A stretch of DNA of 64,000 nucleotides, taken from contig DF237046.1 of the NCBI GenBank assembly GCA_000708835.1, positions 8,079 through 72,078 on the forward strand. The letters are read 5' to 3'. Positions 1 to 12,403 of this stretch are shown here, piece by piece. This stretch comes from Klebsormidium nitens (lineage: Eukaryota; Plantae; Klebsormidiophyceae). Under the pieces are notes generated by a model. The model did no database searches, was not told where the DNA came from, and saw nothing but the letters and a program-made list of their open reading frames with translations. Positions within the stretch are counted from its first letter, which is position 1, and every line of letters starts with the position of its first letter. Made by a program: the position numbers and the translations under genes.

Positions 1-2322
1 AACAACAACAGATGAACGTGAGCGACTTGGGAGCAGCAGAAAAAGAGGTGATGGCAATGAGATGCAACTGTGCAGACTGCCGAAGGGACAAAGTGCGAGA
101 GCAAGGTCACATTTCAGAAGCTATCACAGAGCAAAGGGACTGGCATTGGACGATGTCTGCACCCCTGCCTCAAGAAGCTAAACCTTCCAAAAATCAAGCA
201 GTCCTCACCTCCTGTGCACTGCTGATGCCGATGAGCTGGAACAGGAGGAAGCCCCTGGGGCTGGCATGGTCTCCGTGCTGCCTCAGGTACTCGAGCAGGC
301 CCAATGCGAAGGCCAGCAGGATGCGTGAGATGAACTTCTTCATGTCGTGGAGCCGCTGGTCACGAAATTCTTTTAGGCGAGGAATGTCACCCTCAATGGC
401 CTCATATCGCAGCCCATACTTCTCACGGAGTCGATCGATCGCCTCCCGAAGGATGTTCGTGCCGGGCTCCTTCTCTGTGGAAAAACTCAGGTAAAAGCTG
501 TACTCGTGGCAGGATGCCTCAAGCGCCGTGCGGGACTTCCCGCCACCTGAAGGCGCGATGAGCGCAGTTGCGCGGGTCTGCACCTGGCCCTGGCCCTTCC
601 CCGATGCATGCAGCTGCTTATTCTGCCAGCAGCGTCTGTGCGTTCGTAAGGCCATCCTCGTTGCGTCCGGGAAGTTTCGTAAGCAGCAGGCTGGGCGACT
701 CCCGGAAGAAAACGACAGAAACATCTCTCCTCGCACAGAGGTTGCTAGAGGGTGGGGGCCTCAGGTCAAGCTCCGGCTGCCCGTTCTTCTCTGGGGAAAC
801 AAAAGCACGCTCCAGGATCTTGCTGACTTCCTCATCGACGCTGTCGTCCCAGTCGTCATCATTGCTCCTCCCTGCGCAATTCAAAAGACACGAACCTTTG
901 GACCCTGTTTGATGAGGCCCAAGGATGCAAGCAGACCTGAGCTGGCAGGGATCAATTGAAGAAAAGACTTATCATTTCAGCGATGTCTTCAAGTCCATTT
1001 TGAAGCGAACAGTCTCCCTGGAAAAATTGGGGAGAGAAACGTGTGGCACCCATGTCACCAGCTGAACCGCAAGGGCAACAGGCGAGAGGCAAATAGATAG
1101 CACAGCCGCACTGCAACAACTCACGTCTGTCTCGGGACGGGCCTGCAGCTGCCCCAGTCTGCCTCGTTCCAGCGGCTGCACGAGAAGGGGGAGCAGATCA
1201 GTGACTTGCTATCACTCCAATGTCATGCCCAATGCTTGTCAGAACTGGCTCCCCCAAAAGGTCTCATGCATATGGAGTGGTGAGCGGCTGCAGAGAGTGG
1301 AGCTTTCAAGCAAACCTTTTAGCGACTGTAAACCTTTCCTCGGGATGCACATGCAGATGTGTAAGCCTGAAAGACCAGAAAGGCCACTCACTCCGACCAG
1401 CATCGGCATCTGGCATCTCTGTGTCCCCAGAAGGGCCAGCGCCCTCATTCCCTTGCGTCCGTGCAAAAACTAGTACAAAAGAACCAGGTGTTAGCAAAGA
1501 CGTGCTGTCTCTAGACATGACAGCAAGGCTCCCTCAGAGGACAGGGCACAATTGCAACAACCAGCTGCATACAGCAGAACCTTAGATCTGCTCGAAAAAA
1601 GCCGGTGAACCAACCCCCGAAAGCAGAGGACCATGCTCCCAGTGAAACCAACGCTCCGGAGGGGTGGTGTACAACACCACGTCTCAGAAAGCTCGGGCAC
1701 TCTGCCCAATTGCAGGCATGCGCAAATGCGATTGCACAGGTGAACCGTAAAACGAATGTTGTCCTGAGGAATAAAACCTCTGACTGCCGTGGTGCGAACC
1801 ATGGCACCTAGCACGAACCAGAAGCTCCATCACTCTGCTCGACTGAAGGCAACGCTTGTATGCACATATCTGACTTTTTAAAGAACATCACTAAATGCTG
1901 CTCCAAAATCCAAAGCAATCTTACACTACCTTCAACACCAGACAGCATAGCAAGAGGCACATCCAATCTGCTGGCTGGAGCCGCTCCTCCCTGTCCCAGA
2001 CTGATGCACTCACCTGCCTGCTGCTTCGCACAATCCTCTAAGGCCACTGCACACAAGAGTAAACATGCTTGAAAAAAAGACACATACCTGCAGACCACAG
2101 CTGGGCCTTTTCGTCCCGCAGCTGCTCTTTTTCCTTGCGCAGCTGCTCTCTTTCCTTGCGCAGCTGCTCTCTTTCCTTGTCCCATCGCTGCACCTCACTC
2201 ACACTGCCAGCCGCTTGCGCATGATTGATCTTCTCTTTTGCTTCCTTAATCTCTGTTGAAAGAGCATCGATCTCTTCGTTCACCTTCACAATTTGCAGCT
2301 CAACAGCCTGGATAGCATCCAT
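1..2322 (-). pseudogene. Crinkler (CRN)-like protein: coiled-coil header plus P-loop NTPase; one frameshift near 620; 3' part lies beyond the window start
   Basis: Phase-consistent exons 2322-2088, 1451-1392, 1175-1125 and 871-~207; the three linking introns are GT-AG and phase 1. The N-terminus MDAIQAVELQIVKVNEEIDALSTEIKE...EQLRKEREQLRKEKEQLR is a coiled coil. A Walker A motif ALIAPSGGGKSRT is followed by YSFYLSF. The frame ...NAQTLLAE hits TAA at 618-620, and the P-loop continues in the +1 frame. The CRN family assignment rests on remembered motif resemblance, not a search. Confidence 0.6.
2117..2179 (-). repeat. 21-bp coding tandem repeat x3 (heptad EQLRKE[R/K])
   Basis: cgcagctgctctttttccttg at 2117-2137, then cgcagctgctctctttccttg at 2138-2158 and 2159-2179. 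Confidence 0.9.
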
Positions 2323-3175
2323 TTTGATCGTCTCTACCTTAAATCACCTTCTCTTTTTAGGACGAGCCAGGCAGCATCGGGAAGGCAACATGCAAAGAGG
2401 AGAGGAGAGTGCTGATATCCAGCCCTGTGATGACTGTATTGCAAAGAAAACCTTGCAGACGCGGAGATTGCTTGCGCCTGAGGTGGTCCTTGAATGACGA
2501 GGACTCGTCGACACGACAGGTGCCGAGACTCTCTGACCCGTGCTTAGCAGGACCACAGGAGACAGGAAGCACAGTCCTTCTCGTGTTTGATCGGTGCTCA
2601 AGCACTCCATGCACCAGATGCGTTTCGAACATAGCTTCACCGCCTAGTTGCGCGCGCTACTGGCGATTCCTTGTTCGGACGGCAAATTAACCGTGACTTC
2701 TAGCCCGCTACGATGGTCAAGCGGCCGGTTCGGTGGTGACCTACAGGCTTTCGGGGCGACCTAGGTGCGGCGCGGCAGCGAGTCTCGCCGGAAAGGGGGG
2801 ATACGTGGCGCTGTTTGGTTGATCCATTTTATGCTGTTTCAACAGTTGGTTAGTTGGGTGACGATCATTACGCGGGACGTTACCGTACCACTGACCAGCA
2901 GCATGTCTCTCTCTTCTGAAAGTCAAACCTCTCTAGTTTTGCCTCGGACCCCGAGGCCTAGGGGGATCCCTGACCACAAGTTTACCAACAGTGCACACGA
3001 TATATCAAACGCTTCAGCTAACGACGCGTCGCAACCTCGCACCTTTCCGGTTTTCGAGGCGAACTGTAAACTCTTGCGGCGTCCACTGTTGTTGGGACTC
3101 GACTTTCGGAAAAGCTCCTTCCTCCCTATAGGTCGCCAAAATGGAAGCGTTCCGGTGACAAAAGGTCCGATACAT

Positions 3176-3882
3176 NNNNNNNNNNNNNNNNNNNNNNNNN
3201 NNNNNNNNNNNNNNNNNNNNNNNNNNNNNNNNNNNNNNNNNNNNNNNNNNNNNNNNNNNNNNNNNNNNNNNNNNNNNNNNNNNNNNNNNNNNNNNNNNNN
3301 NNNNNNNNNNNNNNNNNNNNNNNNNNNNNNNNNNNNNNNNNNNNNNNNNNNNNNNNNNNNNNNNNNNNNNNNNNNNNNNNNNNNNNNNNNNNNNNNNNNN
3401 NNNNNNNNNNNNNNNNNNNNNNNNNNNNNNNNNNNNNNNNNNNNNNNNNNNNNNNNNNNNNNNNNNNNNNNNNNNNNNNNNNNNNNNNNNNNNNNNNNNN
3501 NNNNNNNNNNNNNNNNNNNNNNNNNNNNNNNNNNNNNNNNNNNNNNNNNNNNNNNNNNNNNNNNNNNNNNNNNNNNNNNNNNNNNNNNNNNNNNNNNNNN
3601 NNNNNNNNNNNNNNNNNNNNNNNNNNNNNNNNNNNNNNNNNNNNNNNNNNNNNNNNNNNNNNNNNNNNNNNNNNNNNNNNNNNNNNNNNNNNNNNNNNNN
3701 NNNNNNNNNNNNNNNNNNNNNNNNNNNNNNNNNNNNNNNNNNNNNNNNNNNNNNNNNNNNNNNNNNNNNNNNNNNNNNNNNNNNNNNNNNNNNNNNNNNN
3801 NNNNNNNNNNNNNNNNNNNNNNNNNNNNNNNNNNNNNNNNNNNNNNNNNNNNNNNNNNNNNNNNNNNNNNNNNNNNNNNNNN
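3176..3882. other. Assembly gap (run of about 700 N)
   Basis: Uninterrupted N run in the sequence. Confidence 0.98.
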
Positions 3883-5589
3883 GATGAGCGTGGTGTCCTC
3901 AGATTGTTCATCCTTTAAGTTCCGGTGACAAAAGCGCGACCATTCGGTGACGTCATACCCGGTCCGACTGCGAGTACCGTAGTAATGTCATAAATGCTCA
4001 CGTTACCGGTTTTAATAGCTTATGCTTGCACCGCCTCTCCCGAGCAAGCGGACAAAAGGTAGTGTCAATTTGGGCGGGATCTGCTCGTTGAGTCATACGG
4101 TACAGGGCACAGATGTTGTTAACACTGGCTATGTGGGTGCTGGCATGGTGTAGAAACCTCAGTGCGGCGGCTGTTCAGTACGGTACCGGTACGTCAGACG
4201 TCAGTACCGTAATGCAGTCTGCCGCAGTACGAGTCGATTGCTACAGCCTACAGTGCTTCTGCTGAGCAGTGAGCAGCCCTGCCACTGGCCCTGGGCCTGG
4301 GCCTAAGCTTCGGACGCGGAGTCGGAGCCGGCGGACTTCGCAAATTGCAGGACTTCTCAAACTCGAACGAGGCAGACTCAAAACTCGTCAGAACCAAGGC
4401 TTGTTCAACAACTTGTTCACGCGAGCTCTCTTTGTCGAGACTCAAGAGGCTCGGGAGCTTGGTTCCGTGCATTCCTGGTCAGTTGGAAGCTATTACAAGC
4501 AAAAGAAATCTATGACCCTAAAAAATTTGAAGCGGGAGGAAATATTGAAAGAAAAGGAGGAAGTTCACGGAATTTGAGCCAGATTACGGATCTGATACTG
4601 AGATTGAAAGCAAGGAGCGTACGGCCCCGAACCTGAAGTGAAGGTCAGCTCTTCGTGCTTCGATTTATTGAGGCATCTCTCCTCCTTGCGCGTCGTGGCA
4701 AGCAGTGTGTCAGATGTATGAGGCAGATGTGCAGTTGATTGCTGACCATTTCAGCCCTGAGGGACTTGGCAATGGCTATTGTCAGTAATCTTGAAGGACC
4801 TCTGATGTTTTGCCATCAATGAAGCATCAAGGCTCGGTCCCTTTTCCTGGTCTTTATGCTTGAGACCACTTGTGAATGCAATTCTGTCATGTCATTTGAC
4901 AGCTGGCTCCATTTGCTGTATTGTCGCTCTCTGCATCGGATTCAGAAGTGCAGTATTTGTCAAGCGCTGTCAGACCCCGTCTCTGCTTGCGGTGATTCCA
5001 GGGAGAAGCTCATTGAACGGCGCACCTCTTGATCCGCAGTGGGTTGTAAAAGCTGAGTTTCAATCTTTAGCCCACTCGCAATGTGGCAAGGAGAGGGTGG
5101 TTCCTTAAAAGTTGGGCACCTGGTGACCCACAGCCAGCTAATCACACCTTCTCAACTTCGTTTTCGGAAGTGCTGGCGCCGCACTCGTATGGTCCGCTCA
5201 ATCTGCCTTGTCCCGTGAGTACAGGCGAATGCGGCAGGGCGGCTTCTCAACACCGTCAACATCGCCGTAACAGCTGTACCCTATGTGAAGGCTCCATTTG
5301 CCAACCCGTGAAGGGATAGTCCAGTAGCGAGACTCCTCAATTAGCCTGGTCTCTGGCTTGCATGCATCCGGCCCACTCGAATGCGCTCAAGTAAATTGGA
5401 CCTTGAGATCATCATTTATCAGGCAGCAGCTGTCACTCCTAGAGTAGACGATCCTACATCCCACTTTGAAACAGTAACCTTTAGGACTAGTAACTAGGAG
5501 CAAAGGAGTGCTTCTTCAAACAAACTGAAGCAGCTCGCAATCTCATTTAGCAACAGGACTCGTAGGGCTCCTTCTAGGGTCCACACACC

Positions 5590-8500
5590 ATGGCAGTCGA
5601 TAGTCGAAGCAACGGCTTAACAGAGCCCCTGAACCCCTCCCACGAGCACCTTCATGAGGATCATGAAGAGACTTGGGCGGATGTCGGGGAAGAGGCGAAG
5701 GAGCAGTTAAACCTGGCGTACCCAATCATTGGAATGAACGTGGTTCAGCTACTGCTGGTGCTCTCGTCCGCGGCGTTTGTGGGCCATCTCGGAGCGCTCG
5801 CTCTCGCCAGCGCACAGCTGGCGACGTCGCTGGCGAACGCGACTGGGCACTATCTCCTGGTGAGTGGTTATGAACGAGGTTCAGCGGGGTTTGGTTCTGC
5901 GGGAACGTTACGCATGCGGCTTGTCTTCATCATGGCAGCAACAGATGTTTGAAATATGAGGTTTGCGTCATGCTTAATCAGACATGCGGTTGAAGCTTTG
6001 TTAGATACTGATGGTGGTGCATGTGATATTCAAGGCCGTAGGTATGACTTCTGCTCGCGTTCAGACGGGCTACTGATCAGTTTTTGATGACTGTCCTGTA
6101 AAATGCTGAATGCACAAAACCCTAATGTGGGCAGGCACAGAAGAGACGTGATTGTACGCAATTTGGGAAAGGCTTGCATTACTCAGCCATTTTTGTCATC
6201 AGGCTCGGCGTGTTCAAATCATCGATGATATGACGTGATCTTATTGACTCCAGCTTGCCTCTTGCATCTTGATGATTGCAGCAATATGCGTTCCTCCTTG
6301 TTTTCTGGTGCAGATTGGCATGTCCCTTGGCCTCGAGACGCTTGGCGGGCAGGCGGTCGGGGCCGGCAACCTCCACGAGCTCGGCTATCTGACACAGCTC
6401 ACCGTCGTCGTCCAACTCACGATGGCCGTCCTGATCAGTATCGCCTGGCTCTTTGCCGAGCCTGCCCTGTTGGCGTTGGGTCAGGACCCGACATTGGCGG
6501 CCAATGCGGCACAGTACATGCATCTGCTGATCCCCAGCGTGTTCGCAAACGCGTGCACCCAACCGCTGATCAAGTTCCTGCAGTCCCAGGGGAAAACGAC
6601 GCCGCTCGCATGGGCTGCGAGCCTCACATTGGTGCTGCATGTGCCCAATAACTGGTGAGATACAAGCCGTTATAACCGGGTTATGAGCCGGCAGGGGATT
6701 CAGGAAGAACAGTCAACTTCTTAACTCCACCCCCAGAGTTTGCCCCTTCTAGTTGGGCCAACAGAACGGGGACGGAGCGATCAGAGGCAGTTGCAGTTAT
6801 TCATCTTTCATCTGGTAAAACAGGTTTTACGGCTGGGCATCCCTTTCGTTTCCGAAGGTTTCTTCACAAGTTGCAACAACTTCTAGCAGGGCTTGAGCGT
6901 AAGTTTTTAAAGAATATGAAGCACAAGCTGCACAGTACCGGCAGTCGTGGCCGATGTCTGTGCTCCGGAATGAGGTCCAGGACGCAAGGTCATGGTCGAA
7001 TTTATCTCAAGGCGCCCGCTTTACTGCGTTCTTTTCCTCGTCCCAAAACGCATCGGACTCAAGGACCGTGTTTCTGCCGCAGGTTCTTCATCTTCAAGCT
7101 GGGGTGGGGCCTGGACGGCGCAGCGATCGCAACCAGCCTTGCGTACACGCTCATGTTTTTGATGCTGCTGGCGCACGTCTGGACCAGCAGATCGTACGAC
7201 CAAGCCAAGCCGCCGCTCGACTTCTCGCGCGCGTTCCAAAAGACGGGCCTTTTCCTGCAACTCGGCACCTTTTCTACCATCATGATGTGGTGGGTCCGTC
7301 GTCCAGACAAACAGTCTGCGTGGTTGTTCCTTTCCGCATCGGCCTTGGAGGTCGTACGCCTGGATCTTGGCCGTTGACGTGATTGGGTCTTGAAGAGTTG
7401 GAAAGTTACAGTCTTCCCAATAACAGTAACAACTTGAGTTTCAGGGCACGAGGTTGCGAGGTTCAGAATCTTCATTTGGGCTGTGTCGAATTGTAACGAT
7501 CCTGATCCTGCCAGAAGATCAAGACAGATTTACACGCGAGAATGCGAAGGCAAAGACCAGGTTCTTGAAATGTTGGCTTTTGGGGGTCCCAAAATAAATC
7601 AATCGTTTTTCTGGGAGTGGAAGGCGTGCTTTGAAGCAACGGGTGCAGCAAGCGACAGCTGACATCAGGGCTCTCTGCTTGCTCGGTAAAATCTTCGTCG
7701 TGTTCCGATCCGTTCCATAAACACTACCCCAACGTTGCTTTCCTCAACCCGTTTGTTAGTCAGAGCCGTACCTTGAGAAGAACGTGCGTCGTGTTACAGC
7801 CGTTCATTACTCCCTGCGCTGACATTGCCTCCTTCAACCTCTCTTGTTAACATAAGCTGTAAATGGCACCAAACGCATTGTGGTCCTGTTCTGCAGCCTG
7901 GAGTTCATCTCGTTCGACTTCATCTACATCATGGCCGGCTGGTTGCCGGACCCGTACACCACCGTTGCGGCGCTCTCTGTCGCGTAAGCTTTTTGCACAT
8001 TCAATCGGAAGCGCCTCCCAATCCCTGTGATCAAGCACGAGACTCTGGTACAAATGAGAAGCAAAACAGAACGGACGTTCAACATGCATATTTTACATGA
8101 TTCGGGGTGTGCCACGATCCTTTCAGTTTGCTTGCTGAAAGGCTCGGGTGGCACTTGTTCTGGTAGGTACGCTTCAGCAACCGTAATTCAGTTCTGCTTT
8201 GGGGTGACACGATCTCTTGTCATACTCCTACAATTGTGAGATGAACAGGACACGAGCAGCTACTCTCAAGACGCGGCAGGGGCAGGGCATTTGAACAATG
8301 GTTGTGAGATCCGTGACGGAAAGCCTGTGAAAACGAAAGGCGTAGAAATATTGAACCTCAAAGTGACAACTTGTTAAGGCTGGAGTCACCCTACCGGACC
8401 CGCACTCAAACCTTGGCCGATGTCCAGGTGCGGGGACGGAGGTCCTAAGAAACATAAGAAACCGGTGAATCCGGAGGCTGTTCTTGAGCAGGCACTGAAA

Positions 8501-10884
8501 CTCGAAAGCAAAGCTGGTCCTTACATCCGACAAAGAAAAGGTTGTGCTTCTCGCAGACAAATTAAGTTGTTTGCTCCTTCCTTGCTCGCACTTGCACTTA
8601 TGTGGGATTGACATTGGCTTGCAGTATGAACACGGCTTGGCTCCTGGCAACAGGATATATTGGACTGGGCAACGCTGTCAGGTGAGCTACGATAGCAATA
8701 GCCGTGCTTGGAGAGTGGAGGTATACGTGCAAGCTGATTGCAGTCTTGACGGGACCCACCGTTGACATGGGCAGTGATTCTGACAGGCAAATTGGAACTA
8801 TGAGGCGGGGAACGAAAGGGGTAAATGAGAGCATGGGCACGGAGGCGCCTTGAGCAGAAGCCGATGGTCAAGGGATCTAGGGGATCTAGCGCTAATTTTA
8901 TTACTTTAGTGATTTGCAAAGCAGAATGTTCGGCATGCTGGTGAAGTGCTGGCAAACGAGAGACAATTATGGCAACAAACTCTGCAGTCCGTCATCCTGA
9001 TGTAGGTTTGGAAGTCACATGTTTCAGCAAGAGCCTAGATGTTCTAAACTCCTTCGTAGCAGCACACAACACGCACCCAAGTAATCCCGGAGGAACCCCC
9101 GAACCTAAACCCCTAAACCCCCAAACCCCCAAACCCTGCGCAGCACCCGTGTCGCCACCGAGCTCGGGCGCGGGTCGGCCGTGCTGGCGCGCAAGGTGGC
9201 CCACGTGGGCCTCAGCGTGGCGCTCGCGCTGGGCGTGTTCTGCATGACGTCACTGATCATCCTGCACACCAAGTGGCCGCTCATCTTCGTCGACGGCTCC
9301 GACAAGAAGTTGCTGAAGCTCGCGCAGCAGCTCATGCTGTTCGTCAGCTTTGCGTCACTGGGGGACTCCATCCAAAACAGCTCTGGTGGTACGGCCCCTT
9401 CGTCAGCGTTGTTTCCTCTGCGTTCGTTGAAGTCTTGTTGAAAGTGATCTAACTGAATCTCGAGTTCGTTTCTTCGTGTTTGAGGATCGTTTTCGTGGTG
9501 GCCACGGCGTCGTTTGTTACAGACCTTGATCGGCGTCTATGCCTTCGAATCTTGCTCGCCGCGCAAACCCACTACTTTAGCGCTGTTCTGACAACCTTGG
9601 CTTCCTCTTTCTCCATCCTGATCCTTCAACCTCTGCCAAGTTGCCTGTCCCGTCTATGATCTCATAAATTTAGCTTTTGCGCATCACAATGCCGTCCAAT
9701 GCCGGGGGGCCGCTCTGGCTGAGGTGACTCTCCCCCCCGCTTTTGTGCGTCTTTTCCATTTCCTATCTCTCTCTGACCGGATTTCCCGCTTCCGTTCCGC
9801 AGCCATAATCCGGGGGTGCGGGCGGCAGATGCTGGGCGCGTCCATCACGCTCGCGAGCTACTACCTCATCGGGCTGCCCATGTCGGTGCTCATGGGACTC
9901 GTCTGGAAGTGGGGCGCCTTTGTGAGTAACACGTGTCCCCGTACGATTTGCTCCTTGTCTACGGCTGCTGTGCGAGACTGAGGACCTCTGCTTAAAAGCC
10001 TTTTGAGGCGGCCTTCGTATCTTCGCGCGCGCGCGTCAGTGATGAAATGTAACAGGCAGTTCCGTTGGCCTTAAGGGAGGTTCATGACCCGTGTGCAAAA
10101 GTAGACAGTTGAGTTGCGCTCTCTCAATTGTCTGCTATTTCGGCGGGGCTCGTTGCCAAGCGGTAGTATACTCCCTTATCCGGTAAACCACACGAATCAG
10201 AAGTGGCAGAGCCTAAATTACCAATGCCCTTAAGTATTTCTCGCTCACCGTGCTTACACAAGAGTATGTGAAGCTTTGTAACGTCGTCTCCTTCCAAACG
10301 CTTTGGCACCGGACTTGCAAATGGGCCCCGCACTGACCCGCCCACTGACGGCCGGGTGCTGGACTATGCAGGGCCTTCTGGGGGGCTTCGTTATTGCCAC
10401 CTTCAGCCAGGCGGTCTTCCTGTCCGTTGTGGTCTCCATGACGAACTGGCGAAAACAGGTGCGTGTAATTGTCGTGCGTGTAATTGTCGTCCCCGTCTTA
10501 GACCAAAAACCCCACGGCAAAGCTTCGCAATATCCATCTTGCTCTCGGTTTAGACTTGGGGCCTGCCAAACATCTCAAGGATAGCGATTAGATTGATTGA
10601 GACTTTGGTTTTCTCCTCGTGTACAATCGCTGAGGAAGTTATAGGAAACCGCGTTTTGTGTGAGTGCTTCCTGTTCCATTGAAGCCTTGAAGGAAGTAGA
10701 TTTCGGATGAGACTCTCCTGAAGCCTGGTCCGTGCTCTTATTGTGACGGCGTATCTCCTGGTTCCCAACTGCTCCTCTGCGGGGGTTTTGAGCATTCTTG
10801 ATGTTCATACAGGTCGAGGCCGTGAAGCTGCGAGAGGAAGAAGACCGGAAAAAGGGGATCACCCATCGTCCGGTCCTGCATTAA
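5590..10884 (+). CDS. MATE (multidrug and toxic compound extrusion / DTX family) transporter, 9 exons
   Basis: Exons 5590-5859, 6314-6654, 7083-7289, 7897-7983, 8625-8681, 9144-9388, 9803-9921, 10372-10458 and 10813-10884 join in frame with GT-AG boundaries. Plant MATE motifs are present: LGALALASAQLATSLANATG, GMSLGLETLGGQAVGA, IKFLQSQG, CLEFISF, STRVATELGAGRP, IIRGCGRQ, YYLIGLP. Confidence 0.95.
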
Positions 10885-12403
10885 TGACCATGTGGTCAGA
10901 CTAGCGCTTCTCTCAAGTCTTGTTACCTGCTCGTTAGTTGGATACGTGTTGATAGGAAGAAATGCGAACTTTGACAGCAGACTTCATGAGGGTTTTTAAC
11001 TAAAGCGCTTGGTCATGCTAACAAAAGAACTGGGTATGCCGTCTAGTCCGCAGGTCAGGTTGAACATCAGGGCGGATTGCTGTCAGTCTCGAGTCGTTAG
11101 AGAGAGACGTTGAAGTCTGAAGTGTTGATTCGTCGAGTTGATCGGGGACCACATTTGTCTCCTTGGGTCTTTCGGTGCAAAAGTGCGCTTCTCTGCTTTC
11201 AAGAAAGTTGGTGCGCGATGATTGGCGGACCGGTTGGTTTGCGGTGTGACTGCCTTGGACTGTAGATGGCGCCAATCGAAGTACGTCAAGTGGCCAAATG
11301 CTGGGTGTGCTGCAAAGTGCAATTTCTGCTGTACTGGCTGACTATCTCCATGAAAATCCTTAAGCCTCGGCCCATGAATGCACTGCTGTTAAAGGAATCA
11401 TGAATCCGGGAGGAGTGACTCCCCTTAAGTTTGTTAAGAGTTACTCAAAGATCAGTCTAAACAATTGAACATACATTAGTGTTCCGGATCCGCGCGTTAG
11501 CTGTAGTTCGTCGGGCTGAGCACTCTTACCAGCACTATGTTTGTGCCAGAGATGAATTAACCTGCAAGAGTTTTTCCGGGAGCCATATGGCTGAAGATCT
11601 GTAATCATGCACATGACCGTTCTGCGGCGTGCAAGAATATCCGTCCATGTCGGTAGCCGCCACGTGCGGCGACGTATTTACTAAAGTTTTTCACGCAAGC
11701 ATCGATCAAATCGCCAAGAGAAAGAGCTCAGGGTGCAACACGGCGCAATAGGATTTGCGGATGGGGCGGCTCCCTTGGCTTTCGGGAAAAAACTTTAGCA
11801 GCCATACACGAGTTGTCTTGCACGTTTCTTTTCAAGTAAAAGCCCGGATGTTACTTTCATTCAAGCAGTCGCTTTTCAAAGCCGTCGCAATGGTCCAGCA
11901 CAACCGGTGTAGTCCGGGTATTCAAAACATAGTCGCCTAGCTGTTTGACTCATGTTTAGTTCTGTCAAGCTTGCTAACTTCCTGCACACGGCACTTATAA
12001 CTTAAACCCTATGGGTGGCCAAAGACATGATTATCGTGTCTGCATATCATCTTGCACATCATCTTGCACTTAAGTATTGCCATAGAAGGTTAAATGGGGC
12101 GGCTGAATCCTGTGTTTCACCATGAGTGAACGATTGGCACTTCAATCTTCTTGTAAGTAATAGCATCTAATTTGACACCTTCTAAGACTAGAATCGATTT
12201 CCAATGTTCTCTGCGATTTTCAAAAGGAAAGATGTCCTATTTCTTGCGTACGAGCTTTTGAGCATTCAAGCTCTCAAACGTCCTACGAATTGCTCAAAAT
12301 CCATATCAAGCTGTGGCTAGCAGAAGTAGTGCTGAAAGCTTCCTCGGATCGCGCGGCAAAGCACAGAATTGTTCGTCGATCTGGCGGGTCCCAGTCTAGT
12401 TGC

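Noticed and set aside
2765-3928. 387-aa and 261-aa ORFs in the track
   Set aside because: They are artefacts of translating through the N gap.
4269-4577. 102-aa ORF upstream of MATE
   Set aside because: It has a GTG start, no recognisable motif and no splice-consistent link, so it is probably promoter/5' UTR sequence.
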